Source of the DNA: Proteromonas lacertae
Taxonomy: Eukaryota
Reading direction: 5' to 3'
Assembly: GCA_002245135.1 (NCBI GenBank)
Contig: NGBS01000622.1
Coordinates: 1-62,565 of the forward strand
DNA length: 62,565 bases
Shown here: in pieces, positions 50,427 to 62,565 of the stretch
Position numbering within the stretch: the first letter of the stretch is position 1
Layout of the letters: each line of letters starts with the position of its first letter
Position numbers and translations under genes: made by a program
The notes under the pieces: model-generated
Seen by the model: only the letters and a program-made list of their open reading frames with translations
The model's database searches: none
Told to the model about the DNA's origin: nothing

Positions 50427-50789
50427 TTTACAAATGTGTATATTTCAATACTTATCGTAAAGATAACTTCAAATGGTAATTCAACTACATATAAGAAGTA
50501 CAAGTTATATTATTTATTTATTTTAATTTATTTATATGTTGGGTTAAATACAGATAGTATTTATGGAATGTTAAATGGAAAGTTACACCATTTTCTCATT
50601 ATTTTGTAAATATGAAATGCATAAACAATTTTTTATCCCATCAATTGCATATTTCAGGAAAAACAAACAACATTTCATTATTTAATCCCCAAATAAGACA
50701 ATCATATAGATAATAATATTAATAACAATTCATAACATAATACAAAACAAAAAAATGATACTTATACAACAAATTTGAGAAGATACTTT

Positions 50790-52159
50790 TTAATCAAACT
50801 TAATTTTCTTATTCAATTTTACATCTCCATCAGCATTATAACCACCAAGTGGTCTTTTTACACCTTTATTCTCACTCTTACCTTTATTATTATAATTGTT
50901 ATTTCCACTTGTATTACCACCATTATTCTCAAATTGTCTCAATGTATCTTCCACTTTCTTCTTTCCTGCTACAGCAATAGTAGCACCAGTAGATTCACCT
51001 AATGCATCTACACGGATTGACAATGCAGTTTTAGCTGCTAATATTCTAGATATTTTACCTTTAATCTTAGTAGGAGCTTGACCAATCAATGAAGCATGAT
51101 AAATCAAACCATATTTGGGTGTTTCTGATTTAGTTTTTAATGCTCTAAAGAGTGCTTTTTCTGCTCCTAAAATTTGGACTGTTGATGCTGGATATTTAGC
51201 TAAGTTTAATAGACTACCTGCATGTGCAATTAACCTAGCACCGACTAATTCACCTACCATCATTGATAGATTAGGAGCAATTGAATTCATTCTGTTTTCT
51301 AAATATTCATATAATTTAGATCTATATTCACTCATTTCAATCACTTCTACACATAGTTTCTTTATGCTGTGGAAGATCTTCGTCGTTTATATCTGTTCCC
51401 ATGGAGATAATGGCTGTACTCTTCATTTCTTCTTCTACTTCACTCTCTAATATATCACTAAAATCTATTTCATTTGCATTCTTTCTAATACCCATTTTTA
51501 AAATCACTTTTGCATATTGTAAGTTGTCTAATACTATCTTTTGCATTTCTGGGAAGTGCCAACCATACCATTCCTTGATTCTCATTGCAAATGTGTTTAT
51601 TTCTTTATCCATTTCATCTAATAGACTGATGGCTTGAATTATCATAGTATCTACTTGATCTGCACTGAACTTCAGTTTGTATCTTCCTAAACTGTGTGCT
51701 AAGCCTAAGGTCATTGCGTGGATCTGCTCTTTATTCAATTGTGGGATTAAATTGTCTAATTGTTGTCTAATACCTCTTATGATCTCCATACAAGTGTCAT
51801 TATGTTTACATTTGATCGAGAGTGTTTCTTTAATCAATCCTCCTAACTTTGAATCAATTACACCTAAAGAATCTTTCAATTCTGCTTTTACTATATTTTT
51901 CTTTAAGAACTTTTGTAAGCTTTTGTCTAATTTCCCTTCTATTAATGCTGTAGATGCTGCTAAAGCTTCAGCAATATCATCAAATTTCTTAAATGCAAGT
52001 AATTTGACACTAATAATAAATTAAATACATTCAATACCTATTTGCTGCATCTTCAGGAGTTTGGAAGTGTGTGAATACTTCAGCTGGTTCACCTAACTTT
52101 TTTTCATCAAGAACCTTGAATAAAGCATAACCACCTGGTGTTTCGTATAAGATTAACAT
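50790..52159 (-). CDS. NOP58: Box C/D snoRNP protein Nop58
   Basis: [82 protein letters not shown]; one intron; frameshift near 51350-51375. Confidence 0.93.
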
Positions 52160-52538
52160 CCTTCTATTGATATGTATATTACAATATATGTTATAATACA
52201 GCTATAACACTCAAAATGCAATACCTAAAGAGTGAATGAATTGTTATTAATCAAGACATTTTCTTGTAACTGAACATCATAAATTTAAAATCGATTTTTT
52301 GGATGATTTTTTAATATCTACATGCTAATATTCATTGTGTGAAATGTTTAGAGTATTGTAGAGTGATTTTATATTCTTTAAAAGATTGATTAATTATTGA
52401 TTTATCTTTCTATTTTTCAACTGTTTTTAGCATATCTATTCTGTAAAAGTATTATATAATTATTTTAAAACTTTATTTTATCATAATATCATCACACAAA
52501 AATAAGCCTCATATCTTTTCAACTCCAAAAAAGAAAAA

Positions 52539-55500
52539 ATGGATTTAGACACACCAGCTGAGATTTTACTCTATTCATATCAAGAAGAACTTAAAGCTCG
52601 TCAAGAACTACAAGATACAGTAGAGAATCTTAAGAGTGATAACAAGAACTTGAAATTGTTTTTCGAACATATCAAGCTAAACAACGAACAACTATTATCT
52701 CAACAATTAGACTTAAAGAATCTCAATAGCAAAATAAAGAAAGATTTAAAGTCATGTAAAGTTGAAAATCAACTATTAAAAGAGTTCAACAAAAGAGAAA
52801 AGGAAGATTTCGAGGAAAAATATCAGTTGTTACAAGAAAAAATGATTGATGTAGAAAATGAGAATAGTGTGCTTAAAATGAAGGATGAAGAAAATCAAAA
52901 TGAAATACAAAGGCTTAATGAAGAAATTGAAAGGTTAAAAAACCTGAACAACGATTTAGAAAATAGATTACGAAAATTAATAAAGCAAAATGCCAAACAG
53001 AAGGAAGATTTCAGCAAAATTCAGACATTTTTACGAAATAAGCTCGATAATCAAAAGAAAGAGTTGAATGAAGATAAAAGTAAAGCAAAGGAATTACAAA
53101 AGAAAATAGATGATAAAGATGAGACAATTGTTAGATTAATACAGGAATTAAACGATATAAAGAAAGAACTTGATCCATCTAGCACAGCTGAATTGAGAAA
53201 GAAATTAGATGAATTAAAGAAAGAAGAGAATGATATGGAAGATGATTTAAGAAGAAAGAAAGAGGAATTAATCAAATTAAAATCCTCTCCATCTGTTGAT
53301 CCAGAGAAAATCAGTTTATTAGAAGAAGATATAAAGAATATTGAATCTAAATTATCAAATATAAAAGATAAATTGAATGAGAATGAGTTGAAGTTAGAAG
53401 AATTAGAGAATAACAAACCTGAAAATGAAGAAGAGATGAAAGAATATAAAGAAAAGCAACAAGAAATCTTGAAGAATTTACAAGAGATTGAGAAAGAATT
53501 GAATGATATAAAGAATGATGATGTAAATGAAGTTAATAAATCAATAGAGAGATTAAACACAATGAATGAGATAATCGAAGATATGAATAAGAAAGAGCAA
53601 TTGCAAAATGAATTAGAAAATAATGTAAAAGAAATGGATAGTAATTTCAAACAATTAGATGAAGATGATTTCTTAGATGAATGTAAATTATATAATGGTG
53701 AAAATAGAGGTGGTGGTGATGAATCAATGAATAATGGGAATGAGAATGAAATAGAAGATCCAAAGAAACAGAGTTATTTGAATGCTTTAAATGAATTAAA
53801 TGAAGAATTAGAAAGGAAAAGACAAGAATTAGATGATTTAAGAAATGATTTAGAAAGTCTGAAAGAGAAAGAGGAAAAAGAAAATAATGAAGAGATAAAT
53901 AAATTACAGAATCATGGAAAGAGAATTAGAGAATAAAATGCAAGAGATAAAGAGCAACAATGATGAATTGAAGAATTCTTTAAATCAAATAAAGAAGGAA
54001 TTATATGTAAAAATACAGAAACAAATACCTGATAATGAAAATGAGCTGAAAGATTTAATGAAATTGAATGAAGAATTAAAGAAAGAGAATGAAGAATTGA
54101 GTTATAATGAGAATTGCAATCAAGGAATAATAGAAAGAAATCAAGAGAATTTATGTGAAAATGAGACAAAAATGAATGAATTGAAAAGTAAAATAGATGA
54201 TTTAGAGAGTAATTTAAAAGCTTTAGAAGATGAAGAAATAGAAAATATATCAGTTGAAAGTCTAAAGAATTTAGATAAAGAAAACAAAGAGAATGAAGAT
54301 GAATTGAAAGAATTGAAAGATAAAACTTACTGAGATTAAAGATTCAATTGATAATAGTAAAGAATTATTGTTGTTGAAACAGAGTATTTGTGATATGCAT
54401 GATGAATATGATGATTGTAATAGACAATGTGAAAAATTCCGAGAAAAATACAATAAATTAGCATCAAGTAAAACAATAGAAAGTGAAGAACTAACTGATA
54501 TAAATATGGAATTATGTGATATTGAAGGTGATTTAATGAAATTAGATAAAGAAATCGAAAATCAAAATCGTCGTGTTAATTCAATCAATGAAGAAGATAC
54601 TGACAAATGTAAAGAATCAATAAGAATCAATAAAGAGAATGACACATTATTAAGAGATAAATTAAAACAAGTAAAACATAAGTTAGATACATATTCAATC
54701 AATATGGCTGATGTAGAAACTGACACATTGGAATAAACTATTAGATGATACAAATGGTTATTTACAGATGAAAGAAAGAATAATAGAAATAGGAAAAGAG
54801 TTAAATGATGCCATTAAATGAAAATGAATCATTAAAAGATGAGAATGATGTATTAAAGAAAGAAGTAGAAGAAGCATCAGCTAATACTAAAAGATATAAA
54901 ATCCAATCCTGATTATTCATTAGATACAACATTATTGAATGAATATTTGAGTGAAAGAGTTGAAATATTAGAAAATGATTATAATCGAATCAATTCAATA
55001 GCTGATGAAAATGAAAAAGAGATTGAAGAATTAAAGAATAAAAATGACAATAATAATTCAAGTATGAATGAATCAATAAAAGAAATTGAAGAGAAGAATA
55101 AGAATATTCGAGAAGAATTAAAGAAAATTGAAAGTGAATTGAAAGAAGAAAGAAATTTGGCTGATAAATATGAAACTGATCCAAATGCAGGAAGTGATAT
55201 ATTAGTTGATTTACACAGTAAATTGTTGAAGACTGAGAAGAATATAAGAAACTGTGAAAGAGATTTGATGAATGGAAATGAAATTAGTAATTTTGATGAA
55301 ATGGAAACATTGAAAATTCAAGTAGAAGATTTACAGAAATCTTTAGAAAATGCCAAAGATGAGAATGATAAATTGAATTATAAAAGTTTAGAAAGAAGAT
55401 TAAAAGACTTAAAGAATGAAGAAAAGAAATTAGAAAAAGAAATAGGAAGAAATAAGAGAGATTTAAAATCAATAAGTGAAAAAGAAATAGGTAAAAGTGA

Positions 55501-58500
55501 AAATGGAATAAATGTAAATAACTCATTAAATGACATAAATGATTCTAACAACGAAATAAAAACTGAAATTAGCGAATGTGAATCAATGTTAAATGATTTA
55601 AAGAAACATGAAAATGATTATAGTAGTGATGAAAAAGATGAAAAATATGATAATATAGAGAATAAGATAAATGGTATTGAAGAAAAAATCAACAATTGTA
55701 ATGAAGATATTGAAACAATAAATGATATGATAAAATGTCTTAAAGATAGTGATAATTTAGTTGATAAACTAAAAGATAATAATAAATTATCTGATGAAAT
55801 ATCAAATGATTTAAATCGAATGTTAAATGAATATGAAGATTTTGAAGAACCAGATTTCTTAGATAGATGTAAAATGTATAGAAATGATGATGATGAAGAT
55901 GATAATGATAATGATAATGATAATAATGATAATGAAAATAAAGATGAAGAGCAGAAAAAACAAAGTTATATAAATGCAATAAACCAATTGAGTGAAGAAG
56001 TAGAAGAAAAGAAGAAAGAATTAGAATCATTAGAAAATGAGATAAATCGAAATTATAATTCTGCTAATACAACTCCAAATACAACACCAAGAAGTCCAAG
56101 AACACCCAGTGAAAATCGAAGAGCATTGCGATTAAAAGAATTAGATGAAAGAAATGATGAAATTAAGAAAGATTTGAAAGATTTAAACAATAAAAGAAAT
56201 AATTTGAATAAGAATTTAGAGTTAATGAAATCTAATCTTTACAATAAGATGTTAAGTGAAATACCTACAATAAAAGAAGATTTAAAAGAATTGAAGAAAG
56301 AAAATGAAGATGAGAAGAAATCATTAAAAGAATTTGAATATGATCCACATAATGATAATGAGTTTTCCAACAAATGTAATGAAGAGATTCGTATTAATGA
56401 AGTAGAAATAGAAGATTTAGGAAAGAGATTAGATGAAAAAGAAAATGAAATAAAGAAAACAATAAAGAATGATTTGAGTAAAATCTCAGTTGAGAATTTG
56501 AAGAATCTCAAAAATGGTTTAGATGAATTAGATGGAAAAGTGAAAGAATTGAAAGATAAATCTAAAGAATTAGAAGATAATATAGATTTAGAGAAAGAAT
56601 TAATAAAAGAAAAGAATAACTTAGAACAACTAGAAAATAAATACAAAGAAATCAATGATAAGTTAAACAAATGTAAAGATCAATATGAGAATATAAAAGA
56701 GAATGAAAATACTGATAAAGAGAAAGTAGAAGAAAGAAATAAGAAATTGAATGAAATGGAAGTTGAGTTAAATGAAATTGGTGATATGATAAATGATGAA
56801 AAGATAAAACTAGAAGAATTGAAGATTGGTGAAGATAATGTAAATTGTAAGAAAGAATTAAATGAAAGTAAAAACAATCAAAAGAAAATAAATGAAAGAT
56901 TGAATGATATTGATTCCACTTTGTGTAATATGTCAAATGAGTTTTTATTAATAGAAAATGATCCTCTAAAAATAATGGAAGAATTAGAAAAAGCCAAAAA
57001 TGCTTTGAATGAATTAAATGATGGAAATGAGATGATGAATGAAGAAGTTGATAGATTAGAAAGAAAGAATGAAGAAATAAATGATGAATTAGAGAGATAT
57101 AAAGAAAAGATTCAGTCATTAGAAAATGATTTATATAATGCAAATAATCGAATAGAAGATGATAAACAAGAAATAGAAGATTTATCAACTCAATTAGAAG
57201 AAGCAAATAAGACAATATCTGAAATAATGTTAAAACCAAATAATGATGATAGTAGTTTAGTTGGTGAATATTTGAATAATGAAATAGAGATGTTAGAAAA
57301 AGAAATGAAAAATGTGGAAAAAGAGTTAAAAATGAAAGAAAAATTATATGAAAATTATGAATTGAATGAAGAATTGTGTGAGAAAGAAGAAGTAAAAGAA
57401 TTAAAAGAGATATTATCATTTGTAAAACCATTATTAGATGAATGTAAAAAAGAAGTAGAAGAAGAAAAGGAATTAATGGATAGATATGAAACAGATACAA
57501 ATGCTGATAATTCCATATTAATAGAAATAAGTAATAAAATGAATATAACAAAGAGTCATTTAGGAGAATGTAAAGATAAATTGAATGAGAATAACATATT
57601 GCTATTAAATGAAATGGAAAGAGTGTGTAGTAGTAAAAATGAGAATAATCTGAATAATATGGATAAAATATTAGAAAAGATGAAAAGTGATTTAAAAGAA
57701 ATGAAAAATGAGTATAATGAATTTGATGAAGAAGATTTTAATGATAAATGTAAAATATATGATGATATTGAAGAAAGTGATGAAGATGTAAAGAAAATGA
57801 GTTATGCGAATAGTTGTGATAGATTGAATGAGAAAAGTGAAGAGAATCGAAGTAAATTAAAAGAAATCAATAAGAAATATGAAGGTGAAGAAAAATTGAA
57901 AGAATTAAAAGGATTAAGAGAAAAGATGATGAAATGTAATTTGAATAAGAGTTTATTGAAGAAGAATTTAGATGAAATGAAGAATGACTTATTGAATAAA
58001 CTAATACATAAATCAATAGAAGATCAACATGAATTGAAAAGAATGAGAGAAAAGAATGATGAAACAAAAGAAGTAATAATGAAGTTAAAAGATAGTAATA
58101 AAATGAATAATGAGAATTTGAGTGAGAATGAGATAATAAACAATCGAAATAAGAAAGAAATGGAAGAAATAGAAAATGAGTTGATGAAACTAGAAAAAGA
58201 ATTAGAAAAGAAGAGTAAAAATATAAAAACAAGTGATGTTGAAAGTTTAAAGAATTTAGAAAGTGAATTAAAAGAAATAGAAGAAAGAATGAATGAATTA
58301 AAGGAGAAAGAGAAAGAAATCAAACTGTCAATATCCAATGAAGAAGAAATACAAAAGATGAAGAAAGAGATGGAAGAATTAGAAAAAGAATGTAATGAAT
58401 ATACAAATGAATTAACAAGATTGAAAGAAAAAACTGAAGATTTAAAAGAAGAAGATAATAATAATAATGATAATATGAGTGATTCTAAATATGAAGAATT

Positions 58501-61500
58501 AAAAGGTAAAGAAGCTGAAATTGAAGATAAACTGAATGTAATAAAAGAAGATATTGAAAATGTAAATAATGAATTATACTCTTTGAGTGACGAAGAAGTG
58601 AATGAACAGAATGAGATAATAAAGAATGAACAAGAATCAATCAATAAAATTAGAGAAGAATTGAAAGAAGTAAATAATTTATTGAATGATTTAAAGAATG
58701 ACAATGAAATACTGGTGAAAGAAGAAGAAGATGCTTCATTGAAAAAGAATGGATTTAATGAAGAATTAGAAAATCTGAGAGAAGAATTAAATGAATTGAA
58801 TGAAAAAATGAAGAATTATGATGAATTAAATACCAAATATATAGAGAATTACCTTGATACTTTGAAAGAGGATGAAAAAGAATTGGAAGAAGAAATAAAT
58901 AAAGAGGAAGAAGAAATGAAAAAATCAAAGAATGAAGATTATATGGAAAATGAAAGTTTGCTGAAAGAAATAAAAGAAAAAGATAAAAGAATACAGAATG
59001 GTTTAAAAGAAAGTGACAAATTAGTGAATGAATTAAAGAAATGTAAAGAAGATGAAAAAGGTGATAAATATAATGAATTAGACAATAAATTAGATGAGAT
59101 AAAAGATGTATTGAGTGAATGTAAAAAAGAAATGAAAGATTTAAAGAGAGATAAAGAATTATTTAACAAAAAGAATGAAAATGAGAAGTTATTAAATGAG
59201 ATGAATGAAAATATCTCCAATTTGAATGATAGTTTTAATGAATTAGATGAAGATGACTTCTTAAACAAATGTAAATTAATCGATAAAAGTAAAAGAGAGA
59301 ATATGAATAAGAAAGAATCCTATTTAGAAGGAATAGAAGAATTAGATAATGATTTAAAGAAATATGAAAATGATATGAATGATTTAAATGAGAGAATAAT
59401 GAATGAATCAATGAACAGAGGTGATGATGATGATGAAGAAGAAGAAGGTGAAGAAGGAAATGAAGAGAGAAGAAGAAGAAATAGTGAAAAAGAAATGAAA
59501 GAAATATGTGAAAGAGAAAATGAATTAAATAAGAAGTTAAAGACAATAGAAAAGAAGAAAGATGAATTAAAGAAAGATTTAAATATGATAAAAGATAATA
59601 TAATTAACAGAATGAATAATGATATAAATGAGGATGAAAAGAAGTTGAAGTCAATGACAGAAAAGAATAAGAAATTGGAGAATAAATGCAATGAACTATT
59701 AGCTAACTATGAAATTGAAGATGAAAGTGAATTAAAGGATAAAAAAGAGAAATTACAAAGAAATGGAGAAGAAATGAAAGAATTAGAAAATCAATTAAAG
59801 AAAATTGACAATACCTTAAAATCATTAAAGAAAGACAATAATGAAGAAAATACTGAAGATATAAAGAAATTAGATAAAGAATTAGAAGAAATAGAAAATC
59901 GAATGAATGAAATCGGAGAAGAAGAGGAGATAAACAATTGGTTAAAGAATGAAGAAGAATTGTTAAAAGCCAAAGAGAATTATAAGAATTATGAAAATGA
60001 ATATAATGATTGTAAAGATCAAATAGAAAAGAATAGAATGAAATGTGATGAATTAAAAGAGTAAAGAATTGATGGATGAAAAATCAATAAAAGAATATGA
60101 AGAAAAATTAGAGAATTTAGAAAATGAGATGAAAGAAATAGAAAAAGAAATCAAAGAAGGAAAAGACTTAATAAATGAAATAGAAGAAATGGATGATGAA
60201 GAAAAGAGAAAAGAATTATTCAAAGAGAATAAAGAAAAAGAAAAGAAAATAAATGATAAATTGAATTATGTAAAGAATGAATTAGGCAATATGAATCATG
60301 AGATGTTAATAAATGAAAATGACAATAGTAAATTGATAGATGAATTGAAGATGTTGAAAGAAGAAAAGAAAGATTTAGAACAAGCAATGAATCAATTAAA
60401 TGAAGAAAGTGAAAGAAGAAATGAAGAATTTACATTTGACAAAGAAAGATTAGATAGTTTAGAGAATGAATTAAACAGAAAAATCCAAGAATTGAATCAA
60501 ACAAAAGAGAAACTAGAAGAAGCTGAGAAAGAATTAGAAGAAACAAAGAAATATTTAGATGGATATGGTTTAAAAAAAGGTGATTTAGATGAAGCAACAA
60601 TGATCGATCAAATGAATGAAAGAATTGATATATTAAATGAAGATAATGAGAAGTTGAAGAATATAAAAGAAGAATTAAAGAAGAGTATAGAATTGTGTGA
60701 TGAAAAATGAGTTATTGAATGGAAAAGAAGAGATAAAAGAATTAGATGAATTATTAAATGAAACAGAAGGATGTATAGGAGAAATAGAAGAAGAATTAAA
60801 GAAAGAAAAGAATGATATAGAAGATTATTTATTAGATACATCTGAAAATAGTCAAAACTTAGAAGAAATCCGAAAGAATATATTAGAAAGTGAAAAGAAA
60901 GGAAAAGAAATGAGAGAAAAGATATTAAACAAGTTATGTAATATAAGCCATAATAATGTATTTATAAATGAAATAAATGAGTTAAATGAAAAAGTAAAGA
61001 GAGTAAAGAGAATAGGATGAATGAACTAAATAGTTTAAAGAATGAATTAAATGAAATTGACAATGAGAATGATGAAATGGAAGAAAGATTGAAAGGATTG
61101 AAAGAGAAATTAAAAGAATTAGAAGAAAGTGAAAATCCTGATGAAAATGAGATAAATAAATATAGAAATGAGATAAATGACTTAGAAGAGAGAATATCAA
61201 ATAATAAGAAGTTAAAGAAAGAAATTGAAGAAAGAATTAAAAGAATGGAAGAAGGAGATGAAGAAATAGATGTAAATGAATTGAATGAGATTCGTAAAAG
61301 TATGAATGAATTAAAGAGAACAGTAAAGATTGTAATAATAAACTAAACAGTTTAAATGAAAATCTAAAAGACTATGTAATAAAATGGATAGTAAAAATGA
61401 GATAAAAGAATTGGGTCGATTAAAGAAATTAATAAATAAAGAAGAAGAATTAAATGAAAATTCAATATTAGAAATAATGAAAACAATAGAAGAATTAGAA

Positions 61501-62565
61501 AAGAATGAAAATGTAATAAAGCCATAGTAAAACGAATAAAAATCAATTCTTTGAAAATAAAACAAGAAATTGAAGATAATAAGAATAATGTAAAAGAATT
61601 GAACGAATTAGATTTGAATAAAAAAAGACAAGTGCAACAATGAAAGGAATGAATGATTTATCCTTAAAAACATTAAATATTCGAAATCATTTAGATACAG
61701 TTCATAAGATGTTAGATGAAGTTATATAAATGATTTAAATAATTTGAAGAAAGAAGTGATAGTATTGAAAGAGAAAAATGAAAAATTCGAAGAAATGAAA
61801 GAAAAGAAAGAAGAATTAGAGAATAATAATAAAGATATGAGTGAAGAAATAGAAGAAATGAAAAAGAGGATAAAAGAATTAGAAGAAGAGTTAGAAAAGA
61901 CAAAATTAGAAAGAGATGAATATGATAGTGGTTGGAAATGTTGTAAAGAAAATACAAAGAAATTATTGAATGAAATAAATGAATTAAAAAGTAAAGTAAG
62001 TGAATTAGAAGAAGATTGTCAAAGAAAAGAAGAAGAAAGAATTCACCAAAAAGAATTGTATGATAATTTATATAAAGAAATTCAGAAAATGAAGAAAGTA
62101 TTAAAGAAGCCTGAAGTATATGAAACTCCTGAAATCGCTGAATTAAAAAGATGTGTAGGATTGGCTCGTCAAGCTGTAATGAGTGCAAAAGCCTCTTATG
62201 CTGAGATTAGAAAATATGATCAACCACCACCACATAATCCAATGAGAATAATGGGATGTTTCTATTTATTAGGTTATTTACAAAAGCTCAATTTATTAAT
62301 GGTTTAACTTATGAAGGAACAGATATAAAAGTTCCAGAAAAAGATTCTTGGAATAGTTTAAGAACTTATATTGATTATCAATTTGTGAATTCAATGGTGA
62401 AATATGATGTATTAGATGAGAAAAATGAAGATGAGAAAGAAACAATAGAATTAATTCGACATGAACTTCGACAGTATAAAGCTGAAGAAATAAGTCAATA
62501 TTCGAAAGCTTTTACAGTTTCGTACAATTTATTAAATGCCTATTTGATTTATATGATGCAGTAAA
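52539..62565 (+). CDS. Giant (>3,000 aa) acidic coiled-coil protein ending in a dynein-MTBD-like domain (family member 5); broken by many frameshifts, probably runs to the window end
   Basis: Consecutive E/K/N/L-rich ORFs on one strand. The N-terminus DTPAEILLYSYQEEL resembles DVPIDVLRMSYDQSL of the 19025 gene. The C-terminus AEIRKYDQPPP...WNSLRTYIDYQFVNSMVKYD...EISQYSKAF is homologous to members 1-3. Confidence 0.7.

Noticed and set aside
53051..62188. Long minus-strand ORFs rich in F/S/L/I
   Set aside because: They are antisense shadows of the E/K/N-rich coiled-coil gene. The same applies to most short antisense ORFs in the track.
14618..62565. Frequent frameshifts (Utp11, Sec63, Nop58, giant coiled-coil and others) as programmed frameshifting, RNA editing or mass pseudogenisation
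   Set aside because: They hit essential housekeeping genes and mostly fall in or near A/T homopolymers, which is typical of long-read consensus errors. Short-read polishing would settle it.
52539..62565. Giant ORF as a dynein, myosin or SMC motor, or a viral/mobile element
   Set aside because: No P-loop, AAA+, motor, transposase or reverse-transcriptase motifs were seen.

Overview
AT-rich, gene-dense eukaryotic nuclear DNA with very short (about 25-45 nt) GT-AG introns, short intergenic spacers and two mitochondrion-targeted genes (cpn60, glycine decarboxylase P). This fits a Blastocystis-like anaerobic stramenopile, but the taxon is inferred. I can support about 30 genes. Recognisable ones are Utp11, Sec63, Nop58, Sen2, cpn60, GLDC, an MFS transporter, an SLC5A7-like choline transporter, GATA/Myb/HSF regulators, a 7TM-RGS receptor and a pseudokinase-TPR protein. 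An intron-poor glycan-modification cluster spans about 21.5-38.5 kb. The most striking signal is a family of five coiled-coil genes. Four share an N-terminal rod with exactly 133 residues (19 heptads) between a conserved aromatic residue and a CxxxH motif. Four, including a >3,000-aa giant, end in a domain that aligns by eye with the dynein heavy-chain microtubule-binding domain but has no motor. Other findings are a probable AT-AA U12-type intron in GLDC, an intron splitting the cpn60 start codon, and a recurring YGGCTTG promoter-proximal motif. Many single-base frameshifts look like long-read indel errors. Exon boundaries were read by eye and are approximate.
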